Positions 39,495-50,504 of a stretch of DNA of 64,000 bases are shown in pieces. The translations under genes were made by a program, and so were the position numbers. Origin of the DNA: Longimicrobiales bacterium (GTDB lineage: Bacteria > Gemmatimonadota > Gemmatimonadetes > Longimicrobiales > Gaopeijiaceae); assembly GCA_965198065.1 (NCBI GenBank), contig CBDAON010000004.1, positions 320,001 through 384,000 on the forward strand, written 5' to 3'. Every line of letters starts with the position of its first letter. The first letter of the stretch is position 1. The notes under the pieces are model-generated. The model did not search any database. It saw only the letters and a list, made by a program, of their open reading frames with translations, and was not told where the DNA came from.

Positions 39495-40982
39495 TCAGTA
39501 GCGGTAGTGATCCGGCTTGTAAGGGCCTTCGACCGGCACACCGATGTACTCCGCCTGCTTCGGCGTGAGCTCGGTCAAGCGCACGCCCAGCTTCTCCAGA
39601 TGGAGCCGGGCAACCTTCTCGTCCAACACCTTTGGAAGCGTGTACACCTTCCGCTCGTAGGAGGCGGCGTTCGCGTGAAGGTCGAGCTGAGCCAGGACCT
39701 GGTTCGAGAACGACGCCGACATGACGAAGCTCGGGTGTCCGGTGGCGCATCCCAGGTTCAATAGCCGGCCCTCGGCCAGGACGAGCACGCTGTGTCCGTC
39801 CGGGAAGATGAACTCGTCGAGCTGGGGCTTGATTTCGTTCCTGCGGATCCCGCGCTTCTTCAGCCCGGCCATGTCGATCTCGTTGTCGAAGTGGCCGATG
39901 TTTCCGACGATCGCCTTGTCCTTCATCCGGGCCATGTGGTCCACGGTGATCACGGACGTGTTGCCCGTGGCTGTCACGAACACGTCGGCCGTCTCGATCA
40001 CGTCTTCGAGCTGGACCACATGGTAGCCCTCCATCGCGGCCTGGAGCGCGCAGATGGGATCGATCTCCGTAATCACGACACGCGCTCCCTGGCCGCGGAG
40101 CGCCTGGGCGCACCCCTTGCCCACGTCGCCGTAGCCACAGACCACGCACACCTTCCCGGCGAGCATGACGTCCGTGGCTCGGAGAATCCCGTCCGTGAGC
40201 GAGTGCCGGCAGCCGTAGAGGTTGTCGAACTTCGACTTGGTCACCGAGTCGTTCACGTTGACGGCAGGAAAGAGGAGCGTGCCGCTCCTCATCCGCTCGT
40301 AGAGCCGATGCACCCCCGTGGTGGTCTCCTCAGACACGCCCTGGATCTCCTTCGCCCACCGGGTCCAGCGAGTACCATCCTCTCGGAGCGACTGGCGGAG
40401 CAGGTCGAGGATGACTCCCCACTCCTCGGGTTGGGTCTCCGCGTCGAAGTCGGGGACCCGTCCCGCCCCCTCGTACTTGACCCCGAGGTGCACGAGGAGC
40501 GTCGCGTCGCCGCCGTCGTCCAGGAGAAGGTTCGGCCCCCGGCCATCCGGCCAGCGGAGCGCCTGGTCCGTGCACCACCAATACTCCTCCAGGGTCTCGT
40601 TCTTCCAGGCGAAGACCGGAACTCCCGCCGGAGCTTCCGGGGATCCACCCTTCCCGACCACCACGGCCGCCGCGGCTTGATCCTGGGTCGAGAGGATGTT
40701 GCAGGAGGCCCAGCGCACCTCCGCCCCGAGGTCATCGAGCGTCTCGATCAGGACGGCGGTCTGCACGGTCATGTGGAGGCTGCCCATGATCCTGGCGCCG
40801 TCCAGCGGACGCGCGGGGCCGAACTCCTCCCGGAGCGCCATGAGCCCCGGCATCTCGTGCTCGGCCAGGCGGATCTCCTCTCTTCCGAGCCTCCAGAGCG
40901 AGAGGTCCTTGACTTTGAAGTCCGGGCTTCCGTCGAGCTCCCTGGAGAGGAGCGGGTTCTTGGCCTTGGTGGCTACGGGCAT
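39495..40982 (-). CDS. ahcY: Adenosylhomocysteinase
   Basis: [53 protein letters not shown]. Confidence 0.98.
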   Translation of the reverse strand: MPVATKAKNPLLSRELDGSPDFKVKDLSLWRLGREEIRLAEHEMPGLMALREEFGPARPLDGARIMGSLHMTVQTAVLIETLDDLGAEVRWASCNILSTQDQAAAAVVVGKGGSPEAPAGVPVFAWKNETLEEYWWCTDQALRWPDGRGPNLLLDDGGDATLLVHLGVKYEGAGRVPDFDAETQPEEWGVILDLLRQSLREDGTRWTRWAKEIQGVSEETTTGVHRLYERMRSGTLLFPAVNVNDSVTKSKFDNLYGCRHSLTDGILRATDVMLAGKVCVVCGYGDVGKGCAQALRGQGARVVITEIDPICALQAAMEGYHVVQLEDVIETADVFVTATGNTSVITVDHMARMKDKAIVGNIGHFDNEIDMAGLKKRGIRRNEIKPQLDEFIFPDGHSVLVLAEGRLLNLGCATGHPSFVMSASFSNQVLAQLDLHANAASYERKVYTLPKVLDEKVARLHLEKLGVRLTELTPKQAEYIGVPVEGPYKPDHYRY

Positions 40983-40997
40983 CTTTCCTTCCTCGGA

Positions 40998-41945
40998 TCA
41001 GGTTCGGGTGGTGGCGCAAAGGTTGAACAGGAGGGGCCCGGCCGCGCTCGGGTCCGCCGGAAGCTCCGAGAGGCGAGGCGGATCGAACCCCGCGGCCTCG
41101 AGCCAGCCGGTCAGATCCTCACGGGTAAAACCGAGCCAGACGTGGCCCATTTCCTCCCGGAACGCGGTCCGCTGGTGACGCACCATGTCCAGGATCAGAA
41201 TCCTCCCCCCAGGCCGGAGAGCCCGGTGGACTTCCGCGAGAGCCCGGGGCGGGTCCACCACGTAGTGGAGCACGAGGGACAGGATGGCCAGGTCGAGGGT
41301 CCGTTCGCCGATGGGTAGCGCTTCCAGGTCGCCCTCCCGCACGTCCACGTTCTCCTGCCCTGCGAGCCTCTCGCGGGCCACCCGGAGCATCTCGGCGGAG
41401 CGGTCCACGGCCACGACCTGGCGCGCGAAGGGCGCGAGGAGCCGGGTTAGTCGTCCGGTCCCACACCCCAGATCCCCCACTACGTCCCCGGGGCGGAGCA
41501 GCGCGGGGAGGAGCCGCAAGTCCACCTCGGCCCCGAACAGCTCCTCACGCAGTGTGTCCCACCGCCCGGCTGCCGAGGAAAAGAAGGCCCTCGAGCGCTC
41601 GGCCCTCGCGTCGAGCACGCTCTTCGCGCGCGCCCGATCGGCCTCGGCCGCCGGGCTCCGGGAGAGCTCGCCTCGCACGGCGTCCCAAAGGGCTCGGGCC
41701 GACGCCTCGAGCGACGGAGATACGCGGTAGTGCCGGCTGGGGCCCTCGGCGCGCGCCGTGAGCCACCCTTCGCGGGACAGGATCCGGAGGTGTCGGCTCA
41801 CCGTGGACTGGGGAAGCTGCACCACCTGGCAGATCTCCGAAACGGTGAGCTCGCTCCCGTCGAGGAGGAGCAGGATCCTCGCTCGGGTCTCGTCGGCGAG
41901 CGAGCTGAGCCGGCCTAGGACCGGAACTGGAGAAGAGATGGCCAC
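40998..41945 (-). CDS. sahR: ArsR-HTH + SAM-methyltransferase-domain regulator (SahR type)
   Basis: LADETRARIL, QSTVSRHL, DLGCGTG, VLHY, GHVWLGF; immediately upstream of ahcY. Confidence 0.88.
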   Translation of the reverse strand: MAISSPVPVLGRLSSLADETRARILLLLDGSELTVSEICQVVQLPQSTVSRHLRILSREGWLTARAEGPSRHYRVSPSLEASARALWDAVRGELSRSPAAEADRARAKSVLDARAERSRAFFSSAAGRWDTLREELFGAEVDLRLLPALLRPGDVVGDLGCGTGRLTRLLAPFARQVVAVDRSAEMLRVARERLAGQENVDVREGDLEALPIGERTLDLAILSLVLHYVVDPPRALAEVHRALRPGGRILILDMVRHQRTAFREEMGHVWLGFTREDLTGWLEAAGFDPPRLSELPADPSAAGPLLFNLCATTRT

Positions 41946-41950
41946 GTAAC

Positions 41951-41979
41951 GTTAATCCTTGTATCCGGATTAACAGATA
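41951..41979. promoter_or_regulatory. Candidate SahR operator
   Basis: GTTAATCC-N8-GGATTAAC inverted repeat; two overlapping ATC-N10-GAT cores at 41955 and 41963, just upstream of the sahR start. Confidence 0.65.
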
Positions 41980-42137
41980 TTACCTATGGAGCGGTCCGTC
42001 AAGGGGAGCGGGCATCCCGGCCCCGGACGGTCCGTACCCGTGACCCCAGGCGGGGCGAGCGGTGCCGCGGCGCTCCTTTCCCCAGGCCCCCTCCGTGCAT
42101 ACTCTTCGCCCGTCACCGACGACGAGGTCCTAGAAAC

Positions 42138-43706
42138 GTGTCTAACACTCGCCGCCTCGCCACATGCGGGTTCCTGGCCGCGGCTGCCTCGTGGCTGGGG
42201 GCGCCCGCTGCCCAGGCGCAGCGGCCCGTCGATTCTCCGCCCTTCGAGGTGCACGAGGCCACGATCGCCGAGCTCCAAGCAGCCATGGGAGCGGGTCGCG
42301 TGACCTCGGTCGAGCTGGTCGACGCCTACCTGGCACGCATCCGAGCATATGACCTGGCCGGCCCCCGCCTGAACGCGGTGATCCACCTGAATCAGCGAGC
42401 GCGGAGCGATGCGGCAGCGTTGGACGGGGAGCGGTCGGCGGGACGCGTGCGCGGGCCCCTGCACGGCGTGCCGATCCTGCTCAAGGACAATTACGACACG
42501 AGGGACATGCCGACGACCGCCGGGTCCATGGCGCTCGCGGGCGTGATCCCGCCCGACGACGCCACGATCGTCCGGCAGATCCGCGAGGCAGGAGCCGTGA
42601 TCCTCGGGAAGACGAACCTACACGAGTGGGCGCGCGGGTACACCACGATCAGCTCGCTCGGAGGCCAAACGCTGAACCCCTACGATCCGACGCGCATCGC
42701 GGGGGGATCGAGCGGCGGGACGGGGGCCGCGGTGGCCGCGAGCCTGGCGGCCATAGGGTGGGGAACGGACACGTGTGGATCCATCCGGGTCCCCGCCGCG
42801 CTGAACGGCCTCTTTGGGCTCCGCCCCACGAAGGGGCTCGCGAGCATCGACGGCATCATCCCGCTCGCACACACGCAGGACGTGCCCGGGCCCCTGGCCC
42901 GTACCGTGTCTGACCTCGCGATCGGTCTCGACGTAACGGTCGGTCCCGATCCCGGTGATCCGTCCACGGCGATCCTGGCCGGGCGCCCCCTGCCCCGCTT
43001 TGCCGAGGCTCTCGATCCCGACGCGCTCCGGGGAGCTCGCATTGGGGTGCTCGCGAACTACTTCGGGAGTGCTCCCGAGGACGCCGAGGTCGGGGAGCTC
43101 GTGCGACGAGCAGTCGCCCGAATGTCCGAGCGCGGTGCCGAGGTGGTCGAAGTGACGCTTCCTGGCCTCGACTCTCTCCTCGCGGGCACGAGCGTGATCT
43201 CCGTGGAGTTCAAGTTCGACCTCCTGGACTATTTGGCGGCCACACCCACCTCCCCGTGGCGCACCCTCACCGAGGTGCTCGAGAGCGGGCTCTACCACGA
43301 CGCGGTGGCCGGCGGCCTCAGGCGAAGCGACGCGGTGGAGAGCCGGGACTCGAACGCGCGCCGCGAGGCACTCGCCCGGCGTGAACGGGCGCGGCAGACG
43401 GTCATCGATTTCCTCGAGAGCGAGGACCTCGACGCCCTGGCCTACCCCTCGGTCCGCCGCCCGCCCGCGCGCGTGGGAGAGGGCCAGGGAGGGGTGGCGT
43501 GCCAGCTGAGCGCCGCGACGGGCCTCCCAGCCATAACGATTCCCGCAGGACTGGTGGCGGACGCCCTTCCCCTGGGGTTCGAGCTCTTGGGGCGGCCGCT
43601 CGACGATGCGCGACTCGTCCAGTTAGCGTATGGTTACGAGGAGGCGTTTCGCCCGCGCATTCCCCCGGCCCTTACGCCCCCGCTGCCGAACCCCGACTCG
43701 CCCTAA
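42138..43706 (+). CDS. Secreted amidase-signature family enzyme
   Basis: LHGVPILLKDN, GKTNLHE, GGSSGGTG, GTDTCGSIRVPA. Confidence 0.93.
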   Translation: MSNTRRLATCGFLAAAASWLGAPAAQAQRPVDSPPFEVHEATIAELQAAMGAGRVTSVELVDAYLARIRAYDLAGPRLNAVIHLNQRARSDAAALDGERSAGRVRGPLHGVPILLKDNYDTRDMPTTAGSMALAGVIPPDDATIVRQIREAGAVILGKTNLHEWARGYTTISSLGGQTLNPYDPTRIAGGSSGGTGAAVAASLAAIGWGTDTCGSIRVPAALNGLFGLRPTKGLASIDGIIPLAHTQDVPGPLARTVSDLAIGLDVTVGPDPGDPSTAILAGRPLPRFAEALDPDALRGARIGVLANYFGSAPEDAEVGELVRRAVARMSERGAEVVEVTLPGLDSLLAGTSVISVEFKFDLLDYLAATPTSPWRTLTEVLESGLYHDAVAGGLRRSDAVESRDSNARREALARRERARQTVIDFLESEDLDALAYPSVRRPPARVGEGQGGVACQLSAATGLPAITIPAGLVADALPLGFELLGRPLDDARLVQLAYGYEEAFRPRIPPALTPPLPNPDSP

Positions 43707-43731
43707 CCCCGAGCTTCTCGTGGAGATCGAC

Positions 43732-45480
43732 ATGAGGCGGATCCTTTCCATCCTGACCGTTCCCCTGACCTTCGCCGTGCCGTGGGCCCTCACCGCCCAG
43801 CAGGGAGCCCCCGGGACCGTGCCGCAGGCGGCGGTCCGGGTGGACGATGACCTGATCCGGCGCGCCGACCCCGCCGAGTGGCTCACCTACGGTCGGGACT
43901 ACGCGGAGACCCACTTCAGCCCGCTCAACCAGATCGACGACGGAAACGTCGGCCGGCTGGGGCTCGCGTGGACGTGGCAAGTGGTAGGCACGAACGGCCG
44001 ACTGGAGTCCACGCCGCTCGTGCACGACGGCGTCATGTACGCGAGCGGCACGTACAGCACGGTCTTCGCCCTGGACGCGCGAACTGGGGAGCTCAAGTGG
44101 ATGTGGGATCCGGCCCTCGTGAGGGGAGGATACAGCCAGGGCGGGCCGACGTTTTGCTGCGGGCCGAACAACCGCGGGGTCGCGCTCTACCGGGGCAAGG
44201 TATTCGCCGGGCTCCTCGATGGACGCCTCGTCGCGCTCGACGCGGAGACCGGTCGACTGCTGTGGGCGCGCCAGACCACCCCGGTCGGCGTCGAGTACAG
44301 CATCACCGGGGCACCCCGGGTGGTGAAGGGAAATGTGATCATCGGGAACGGGGGAGCCGAGTACGGCGTGCGCGGGTTCATCACGGCCTACGACGCGGAG
44401 TCCGGCGAGGAAGCCTGGCGCCTCTACACGGTACCGGGCAATCCGGAGGACGGGTTCGAGTCCGTAGCCCTCGAGGTGGCCGCATCGAGCTGGGTGGGGG
44501 ACTGGTGGGCGCTCGGCGGAGGCGGGACGGTCTGGGATGCGATGGCCTACGACCCCGAGCTGGACCTCCTCTATATCGGGACCGGAAACGGCTCTCCCTG
44601 GAGCCGAGAGATCCGAAGCGCCGGCGAGGGGGACAACCTGTACCTCTCGTCGATCATTGCTGTCGACCCCGATGACGGGTCCTACGTCTGGCACTACCAG
44701 ACGACGCCCGGAGACGACTGGGACTACACGGCCACGCAGCCCATCATGCTCGCGGATATCGTGATCGACGGCGTGGAGCGTCAGGTCCTCATGCAAGCGC
44801 CGAAGAACGGCTTCTTCTACGTGATCGACCGGCGCACCGGCCGGCTCATCTCGGCCGAGCCGTATGCATACACGACCTGGGCCACGCGGATCGATCTCGA
44901 GACAGGTCGCCCGGTGGAGACCCCCATCGCCCGATACGACGAAGTGGGCGCCTGGATCTCGCCCGGGCCCATCGGAGCGCACAACTGGGAGCCGATGTCT
45001 TACAATCCCGGAACCGGGCTCGTCTACGTCCCGGGACAGAACAACCAGTCTTTCTACCGCCGGAACATCGATTTCGAGGTCGTGCGGGGACGGTTCAACA
45101 CGGGGACCGGGGGGTCGGCTCCGAGGACCATCGAGGCCCCATCGATCCCCGCGTCCCCCGGGTACCTGGTTGCGTGGGACCCTGCGGCCAATGCCGAGCG
45201 ATGGAGAATCCCGTACGAGACGCGGCGGAACGCGGGGACGCTCACGACCGCCGGTAACCTGCTCTTTACGGGAGAGGCTGGCGGAGTGTTCTACGCGTAC
45301 GACGCCACGACCGGTCGGGAGCTCTGGCGATACGACCTTCCGGCGGGCCTGGGGTCACCGATGACGTACGAGATGGACGGGCGGCAGTACGTCACGATCC
45401 TCGCTGGCCGGCAGGAGTCGGGCGAGTCCGCCGGCCGAGTGTGGACGTTCGCGCTGGACGGGAACGCGCCAAGGCCGTAG
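43732..45480 (+). CDS. PQQ-dependent alcohol dehydrogenase family protein
   Basis: WLTYGRDY..THFSPL, vicinal CC-GPNNRG, GGAEYGVRG, WDYTATQ, GAHNW, GRQYV. Confidence 0.93.
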   Translation: MRRILSILTVPLTFAVPWALTAQQGAPGTVPQAAVRVDDDLIRRADPAEWLTYGRDYAETHFSPLNQIDDGNVGRLGLAWTWQVVGTNGRLESTPLVHDGVMYASGTYSTVFALDARTGELKWMWDPALVRGGYSQGGPTFCCGPNNRGVALYRGKVFAGLLDGRLVALDAETGRLLWARQTTPVGVEYSITGAPRVVKGNVIIGNGGAEYGVRGFITAYDAESGEEAWRLYTVPGNPEDGFESVALEVAASSWVGDWWALGGGGTVWDAMAYDPELDLLYIGTGNGSPWSREIRSAGEGDNLYLSSIIAVDPDDGSYVWHYQTTPGDDWDYTATQPIMLADIVIDGVERQVLMQAPKNGFFYVIDRRTGRLISAEPYAYTTWATRIDLETGRPVETPIARYDEVGAWISPGPIGAHNWEPMSYNPGTGLVYVPGQNNQSFYRRNIDFEVVRGRFNTGTGGSAPRTIEAPSIPASPGYLVAWDPAANAERWRIPYETRRNAGTLTTAGNLLFTGEAGGVFYAYDATTGRELWRYDLPAGLGSPMTYEMDGRQYVTILAGRQESGESAGRVWTFALDGNAPRP

Positions 45481-45506
45481 GCCGGGCGGCGCGAACCGGC
45501 CGACCG

Positions 45507-46478
45507 TCAGCTCGGCACCAGGAGCACCTTCCCGGTCGTCTTCCGGCCAGTCAGTCGCTCGTGCGCCTCGCCCGCGTTCCCGAGCGGGTGCTTCTCGCCG
45601 ATCCGCACGTCAAGCTGGCCGGCCTCGATCCACTCGAAGAGGTCTCCCGCCCGGCCCCGCAGCTCATCGGGCGTGGCGATATAGTGCCCAAGGGTGGGGC
45701 GGGTCAGGTAAAGGGAGCCACCCGCGTTCAGGCGCTGGGGGTCCACGGGAGGGACGGCGCCGCTCGACTGACCGAAGAGCACGAGAAACCCCCGGGGCCC
45801 GAGACACTTCATGCTGGCGTCGAATGTGTCCTTCCCGACGGAATCGTAAACCACGTCCACACCCTTCCCCTCCGTAACCCGCGAGACCTCCTCCGCGAAG
45901 TCCTTCTCGGTGTAACGGATGACCTCGTCCGCGCCGGCCTGCTTCGCGAGCTCGGCTTTCTCCTCCGTGGAGACGGTTCCATAGACGGTAGCGCCGCCTA
46001 GCTTCGCCATCTGGGTGAGGAGGAGGCCGACCCCGCCCGCCGCCGCGTGGACGAGCACCCGCTTGCCTCTCTCGAGCGGAACCGTACTCCGCGCCAGGTA
46101 GTGGGCCGTCATCCCCTGGAGCATGACTGCGGCCGCGATCTCGAGGTCAACGCCCTCCGGCACGGGCACCAGCTTCCACGCGGGAAGGACGGCGTACTCG
46201 GCGTAGCTCCCGACCTGCATCGCGTACGCAACCCGATCCCCCGGCTGGACGCCGTCCACTCCGGGGCCCACGGCGTCCACGATCCCGGCCGCTTCCATAC
46301 CGGGAGTGAAGGGTAGCGGGCTCTTATAGGCCCCGGTCCGGAAGTACACATCGATGAAGTTGACACCCGATGCCGCTACGCGGATCCTCGCCTCTCCCTC
46401 GCCCGGGTCGGGAACGGGCACGTCCTCCAATCGGAGGACCTCTGGCCCTCCAAGTTCTTGGACCCGGATCGCCTTCAT
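45507..46478 (-). CDS. qor: NADPH:quinone oxidoreductase (zeta-crystallin family)
   Basis: [46 protein letters not shown]. Confidence 0.93.
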   Translation of the reverse strand: MKAIRVQELGGPEVLRLEDVPVPDPGEGEARIRVAASGVNFIDVYFRTGAYKSPLPFTPGMEAAGIVDAVGPGVDGVQPGDRVAYAMQVGSYAEYAVLPAWKLVPVPEGVDLEIAAAVMLQGMTAHYLARSTVPLERGKRVLVHAAAGGVGLLLTQMAKLGGATVYGTVSTEEKAELAKQAGADEVIRYTEKDFAEEVSRVTEGKGVDVVYDSVGKDTFDASMKCLGPRGFLVLFGQSSGAVPPVDPQRLNAGGSLYLTRPTLGHYIATPDELRGRAGDLFEWIEAGQLDVRIGEKHPLGNAGEAHERLTGRKTTGKVLLVPS

Positions 46479-46728
46479 TCTTCACACCTCCTGGTGGGAC
46501 TCGGTCGGGTCCCATCGGTCATCTAACGAGAACCCGCGGGCTGGGAGCACGTGACGGTAAGAGCCCGCCGATCACGGGGCAAGAAACGCCTCCGAGGGGT
46601 GCGCCTGCGCCCCCCGACCGTTACCCTAGCCGAGGCTCGAATCACACCGACAAGTGGGCTTCGACCTGCGGTCTGGCGGGTCCCTTCGTCCGCAGCACTT
46701 CTGCTCTGAACAATAGGAGGGAAGTGTA

Positions 46729-47382
46729 ATGGCTCGTACGAAGATGTATCTCGCGGCTCTCATCCTCGCCGGCCTGGCCGTGCCGGGCTCGGTCGAGGCG
46801 CAGGACCCGCGGATGAACTTCTTTTTCACAAGCGTGGGCCCGGGAGACGGCGCGAACCTGGGGGAGCTGGCCGGTGCGGACGCACACTGCGAGCACCTCG
46901 CGTACGCCGTCGGCATGCAGGACAAGACCTGGAGGGCCTACCTGAGCGCGGCCGGTACCGGCGGGCGGCCCGCGGTGAACGCACGTGACCGGATCGGGGA
47001 CGGCCCGTGGTACAACTACGCCGGGGTCATGGTCGCGAGTGACGTGGACGAGCTCCACGGACAGAACAACCTCGCGAAGGAGACCGCCCTGAGTGAGATG
47101 GGCGTCGTGATCCACGGTCGTGGGGACAGCCCGAACCGCCACGACGTCCTCACCGGCTCCGAGATCGAAGGCACCGTCATGCCAGGGCCGGCCGCCGATA
47201 CGACGTGCAACAACTGGACGAGCAACGGCGCGGGAAGCGCGCAGGTCGGCCACTTCGATCGGCAGGGCGGCGGACAGAATCCCACGTCCTGGAACTCGGC
47301 CCACTCGTCGTCGGGGTGCGGCCAGGAGGATCTCCGCGGGACGGGAGGCGACGGGCTCTTCTTCTGTTTCGCGATCGACTGA
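46729..47382 (+). CDS. Secreted C-type-lectin/endostatin-like fold protein
   Basis: Signal peptide, GANLG.LAGADAHC, WRAYLS, NARDRIG.GPW, TCNNWTS, FFCFA. Confidence 0.75.
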   Translation: MARTKMYLAALILAGLAVPGSVEAQDPRMNFFFTSVGPGDGANLGELAGADAHCEHLAYAVGMQDKTWRAYLSAAGTGGRPAVNARDRIGDGPWYNYAGVMVASDVDELHGQNNLAKETALSEMGVVIHGRGDSPNRHDVLTGSEIEGTVMPGPAADTTCNNWTSNGAGSAQVGHFDRQGGGQNPTSWNSAHSSSGCGQEDLRGTGGDGLFFCFAID

Positions 47383-48326
47383 TGCCCCGCGGCTCGGTGC
47401 CCCTCGTCCTCCTTGCCGTCCTCGCCGCGGGAGCCTCGATCGTTCGGGAGGGCGCCGCATCGGGGGCAGGAGCCCCGGAGTCCCGCGAGCTCGCGGAGCC
47501 GCGCCCGCCGGCTCCGCGGGCCGGACAGGCACCCGTGATCCTCGTCACGGGATCCACGAGCGGGCTTGGTCGCGAGGTCGCCCTTCGACTGGGGGCGACC
47601 GGCGCCCACGTGATCGTGCACGGACGGAACCGCGAGCGAGGACTCGATGTCGTCCGAGAGATCGAGGCCGGCGGCCGCGGGAGCGCACGGTTCTACGCCG
47701 CCGACCTGGCATCGTTCGACGAGGTGAGGGGGCTCGCTCAGGAGATCCTGGCCGATTACGACCGCCTGGACGTCCTCGTGAACAACGCGGGGATCTGGCT
47801 CGAGCCCTCGGATGGGCGGCTGCTCAGCGCCGACGGGCACGAGCTTCACTTCCAGGTGAACTACCTCTCGGGCTTCCTCCTCACCCGTATGCTCCTCCCG
47901 CTCCTCCGGCAGAGCGCGCCGGCGAGAATCGTGAACGTCTCCTCGGGAGCCCAGAGGCCGATCGACTTCGACGACCCAATGATGACGCGGGGCTATTCCG
48001 ATGGCCGGGGCTACGCTCAGAGCAAGCTCGCCCAGATCCTCTTCACGTTCGACCTGGCGCAAGAGCTGGCCGGGACGGGGGTAACCGCGAACACCCTCCA
48101 CCCCGCCACGATGATGGACACGAACATGGTGCTTTCGCGGGGGGCGACGGCACGGAGTTCGGTCGACGAGGGAGCAGCGGCCGTGATGAACGTCATCACC
48201 GGATCGGACGTCGGGACCGGCCAGTACTTCAACGGCACGAGGCCCGCTCGCGCGAACGCGCAGGCCTACGACCCGACGGCTCGGGAGAGGCTCCGGGAGC
48301 TTAGCGAAGAACTGACGGGGCTCTGA
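47382..48326 (+). CDS. SDR family oxidoreductase with N-terminal hydrophobic extension
   Basis: TGSTSGLG, NNAG, YAQSK; ATG overlaps the upstream TGA. Confidence 0.9.
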   Translation: MPRGSVPLVLLAVLAAGASIVREGAASGAGAPESRELAEPRPPAPRAGQAPVILVTGSTSGLGREVALRLGATGAHVIVHGRNRERGLDVVREIEAGGRGSARFYAADLASFDEVRGLAQEILADYDRLDVLVNNAGIWLEPSDGRLLSADGHELHFQVNYLSGFLLTRMLLPLLRQSAPARIVNVSSGAQRPIDFDDPMMTRGYSDGRGYAQSKLAQILFTFDLAQELAGTGVTANTLHPATMMDTNMVLSRGATARSSVDEGAAAVMNVITGSDVGTGQYFNGTRPARANAQAYDPTARERLRELSEELTGL

Positions 48327-48329
48327 AGC

Positions 48330-49394
48330 TCATCCGAGGGCCGCGTTCCGCGCCCGCGTCGCCTCGGCGAGCTGCTCGAGGCAGGATACGGAGTCCTCCC
48401 ACCCGAGGCACCCGTCCGTGATGCTCTGTCCGTATACGAGCTCACGCACGTCGCCTAGCGCCTGGGCTCCCTCGACCAGGTTGCTCTCGATCATGACCCC
48501 CATGATTCCCGTCTCGCCGTCGCGAAGCTGACCGCAGACGTCCGCGCAGACGTCGATCTGCTGCTTGAACCGCTTTCCGCTGTTCGCGTGGCTCAGATCG
48601 ACCATGACCTTCGGGGGAAGGTCTCCCCGCTCCAGCATCTGGACCACCTCCTTCACCGACTCCCGGTCGTAATTCGGAGCGCCGTTCCCTCCCCGGAGGA
48701 TGATGTGACAGTCCTCATTCCCGGCGGTGGAGAAGATCGCGGAGTGCCCCTCCTTGGTGACGGAGAGGAAGATGTGAGAATGGCGGGCCGCCCGAACCGC
48801 GTCCACCGCGACCTGTACGGAGCCGAGCGTACTGTTCTTGAAGCCCACCGGGCAGGAGAGGCCGGACGCGAGCTGGCGGTGCACCTGGCTCTCCGTCGTC
48901 CGGGCCCCGATGGCCGCCCAGGCCACGAGGTCACCGAAGTACTGGGGGGAGATCGGATCCAGGTACTCGGTTCCCGGCGCTATCCCCATGTCCACCAGGT
49001 CGCGGAGCAATCCGCGGGCGATGCGGAGCCCCTCGTTGATCACGAAGGAGTTGTTCAGGTGTGGGTCGTTGATGAGCCCCTTCCAACCGACCGTCGTGCG
49101 CGGCTTCTCGAAGTACACCCTCATCACGATGTCGAGTGCATCCTCGAAGCGGACGGCTTGCTCGTGGAGTCGCGCCCCGTACTCCAGAGCGGCCTTCGGA
49201 TCGTGGATGGAGCAGGGGCCGATCACGACCAGGAGCCGCGGATCCCGCCCGTGGATGATCTGTCCGATCTCCCACCGCGACGAGAACACGAGCTCGGACG
49301 CGACATCGGAGAGCGTGAGGTCCCGGATCAGGATCTCCGGGGCCTCCACCTCCTCCATCCCCGTGATCCGGACGTCATCGGTGTGGTATTTCAC
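48330..49394 (-). CDS. aroG: Class I DAHP synthase
   Basis: GPCSIHD, RVYFEKPRTTVGWKG, IGARTTESQ, SHANS, YGQSITDGC. Confidence 0.94.
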   Translation of the reverse strand: MKYHTDDVRITGMEEVEAPEILIRDLTLSDVASELVFSSRWEIGQIIHGRDPRLLVVIGPCSIHDPKAALEYGARLHEQAVRFEDALDIVMRVYFEKPRTTVGWKGLINDPHLNNSFVINEGLRIARGLLRDLVDMGIAPGTEYLDPISPQYFGDLVAWAAIGARTTESQVHRQLASGLSCPVGFKNSTLGSVQVAVDAVRAARHSHIFLSVTKEGHSAIFSTAGNEDCHIILRGGNGAPNYDRESVKEVVQMLERGDLPPKVMVDLSHANSGKRFKQQIDVCADVCGQLRDGETGIMGVMIESNLVEGAQALGDVRELVYGQSITDGCLGWEDSVSCLEQLAEATRARNAALG

Positions 49395-49487
49395 GCGGGG
49401 AGCCTAACGGGTGGCAGGACGGCCGACAACGGGGAAAGGCAGCGAGAATAGTGACTGGACCCGGCCACGTTGGCCCCGCGCCCTCAA

Positions 49488-50504
49488 CTACGGAAGGGAG
49501 AGCAGGCTCGTCCCGTCCACGGTGATCACCCCGTAACGGACGATCCAGTGCAGGTGGGGGCCTGTGACCCGTCCGGTGGCCCCGACCCGCCCGATCACCT
49601 GACCGGGCGCCACGACGTCCCCCTCCTCCACCTCCCGCACGCTCAGGTGCAGATAGGCGGTCACGAGACCCGCGCCATGATCGAGATAGACGACGTTTCC
49701 GCCCAGATAGAAGGAATCGACGAGGGCGACGATCCCGGGGGCCGGGGCGAGCACGGGCTCCCCGGGCGCTCCCTGGTAATCCGTCCCCATGTGGCGGCTC
49801 TGGACCTGGTCGTTGAACACGCGCCCGTGCCCGAAACCACTCGTGATCCGGGTGCCGCGCGGGGCCTCGAACGGCGCCTCCCACTCCCACATCCGGGGCG
49901 TGCCGTGCGAGGCGCGAGATATCGCCATCGCGCGCGCGGACTCCTCGTCCACCCGGCGCTGGAGATCGGGCGGCAGAGGGTCCCCGAACTCGGGGGCGAC
50001 CGTGAGCCGCTCCATTCGGTAATCTCCGGGCACGATGGGCACTTGATGGAGCTGGCTCGCCCGCTCCCCCGCGGGCCCGCGGAGATCGAGCGACAGCTGG
50101 AGGCGACCCGAGGCGTCCACGGGCGCCGCGGCCAAAGCGAGGAGCGCGCCGTCGGGTCCCTCCACGAAGTGGATCGGCTCACCCGCGAAGGTGGCATCAA
50201 CCTCGTCCGGGAGCCCACCGTCCACCGCCGACAGTCGGACCTGGAAGAGGGTCCCCTGGGGCACCTCGGCCGGCGTCCATCTGACCGCGACCGAATCGAG
50301 CGCGGCTGAAAACGAGGGCCGCGCAGTGGCCCCAGAGGGGGAGCCCGGCTCCACCACTGGAGAGCCGGCCGGGGGCGCGGCCATCGGGGCGGGCCTACTC
50401 CCCGACAGGGCCGGCCCGACAGCTACGGCCGCCATCGCCGCCGCCAGACCCCACGCCCAGCGTTCCCTCACCGTCGGATCTCTTCCTCCCTTCCGGCTCG
50501 ACAA
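49488..50504 (-). CDS. M23 family metallopeptidase
   Basis: HMGTD, YLHL, GRVTGPHLHW. Confidence 0.92.
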   Translation of the reverse strand: MSSRKGGRDPTVRERWAWGLAAAMAAVAVGPALSGSRPAPMAAPPAGSPVVEPGSPSGATARPSFSAALDSVAVRWTPAEVPQGTLFQVRLSAVDGGLPDEVDATFAGEPIHFVEGPDGALLALAAAPVDASGRLQLSLDLRGPAGERASQLHQVPIVPGDYRMERLTVAPEFGDPLPPDLQRRVDEESARAMAISRASHGTPRMWEWEAPFEAPRGTRITSGFGHGRVFNDQVQSRHMGTDYQGAPGEPVLAPAPGIVALVDSFYLGGNVVYLDHGAGLVTAYLHLSVREVEEGDVVAPGQVIGRVGATGRVTGPHLHWIVRYGVITVDGTSLLSLP

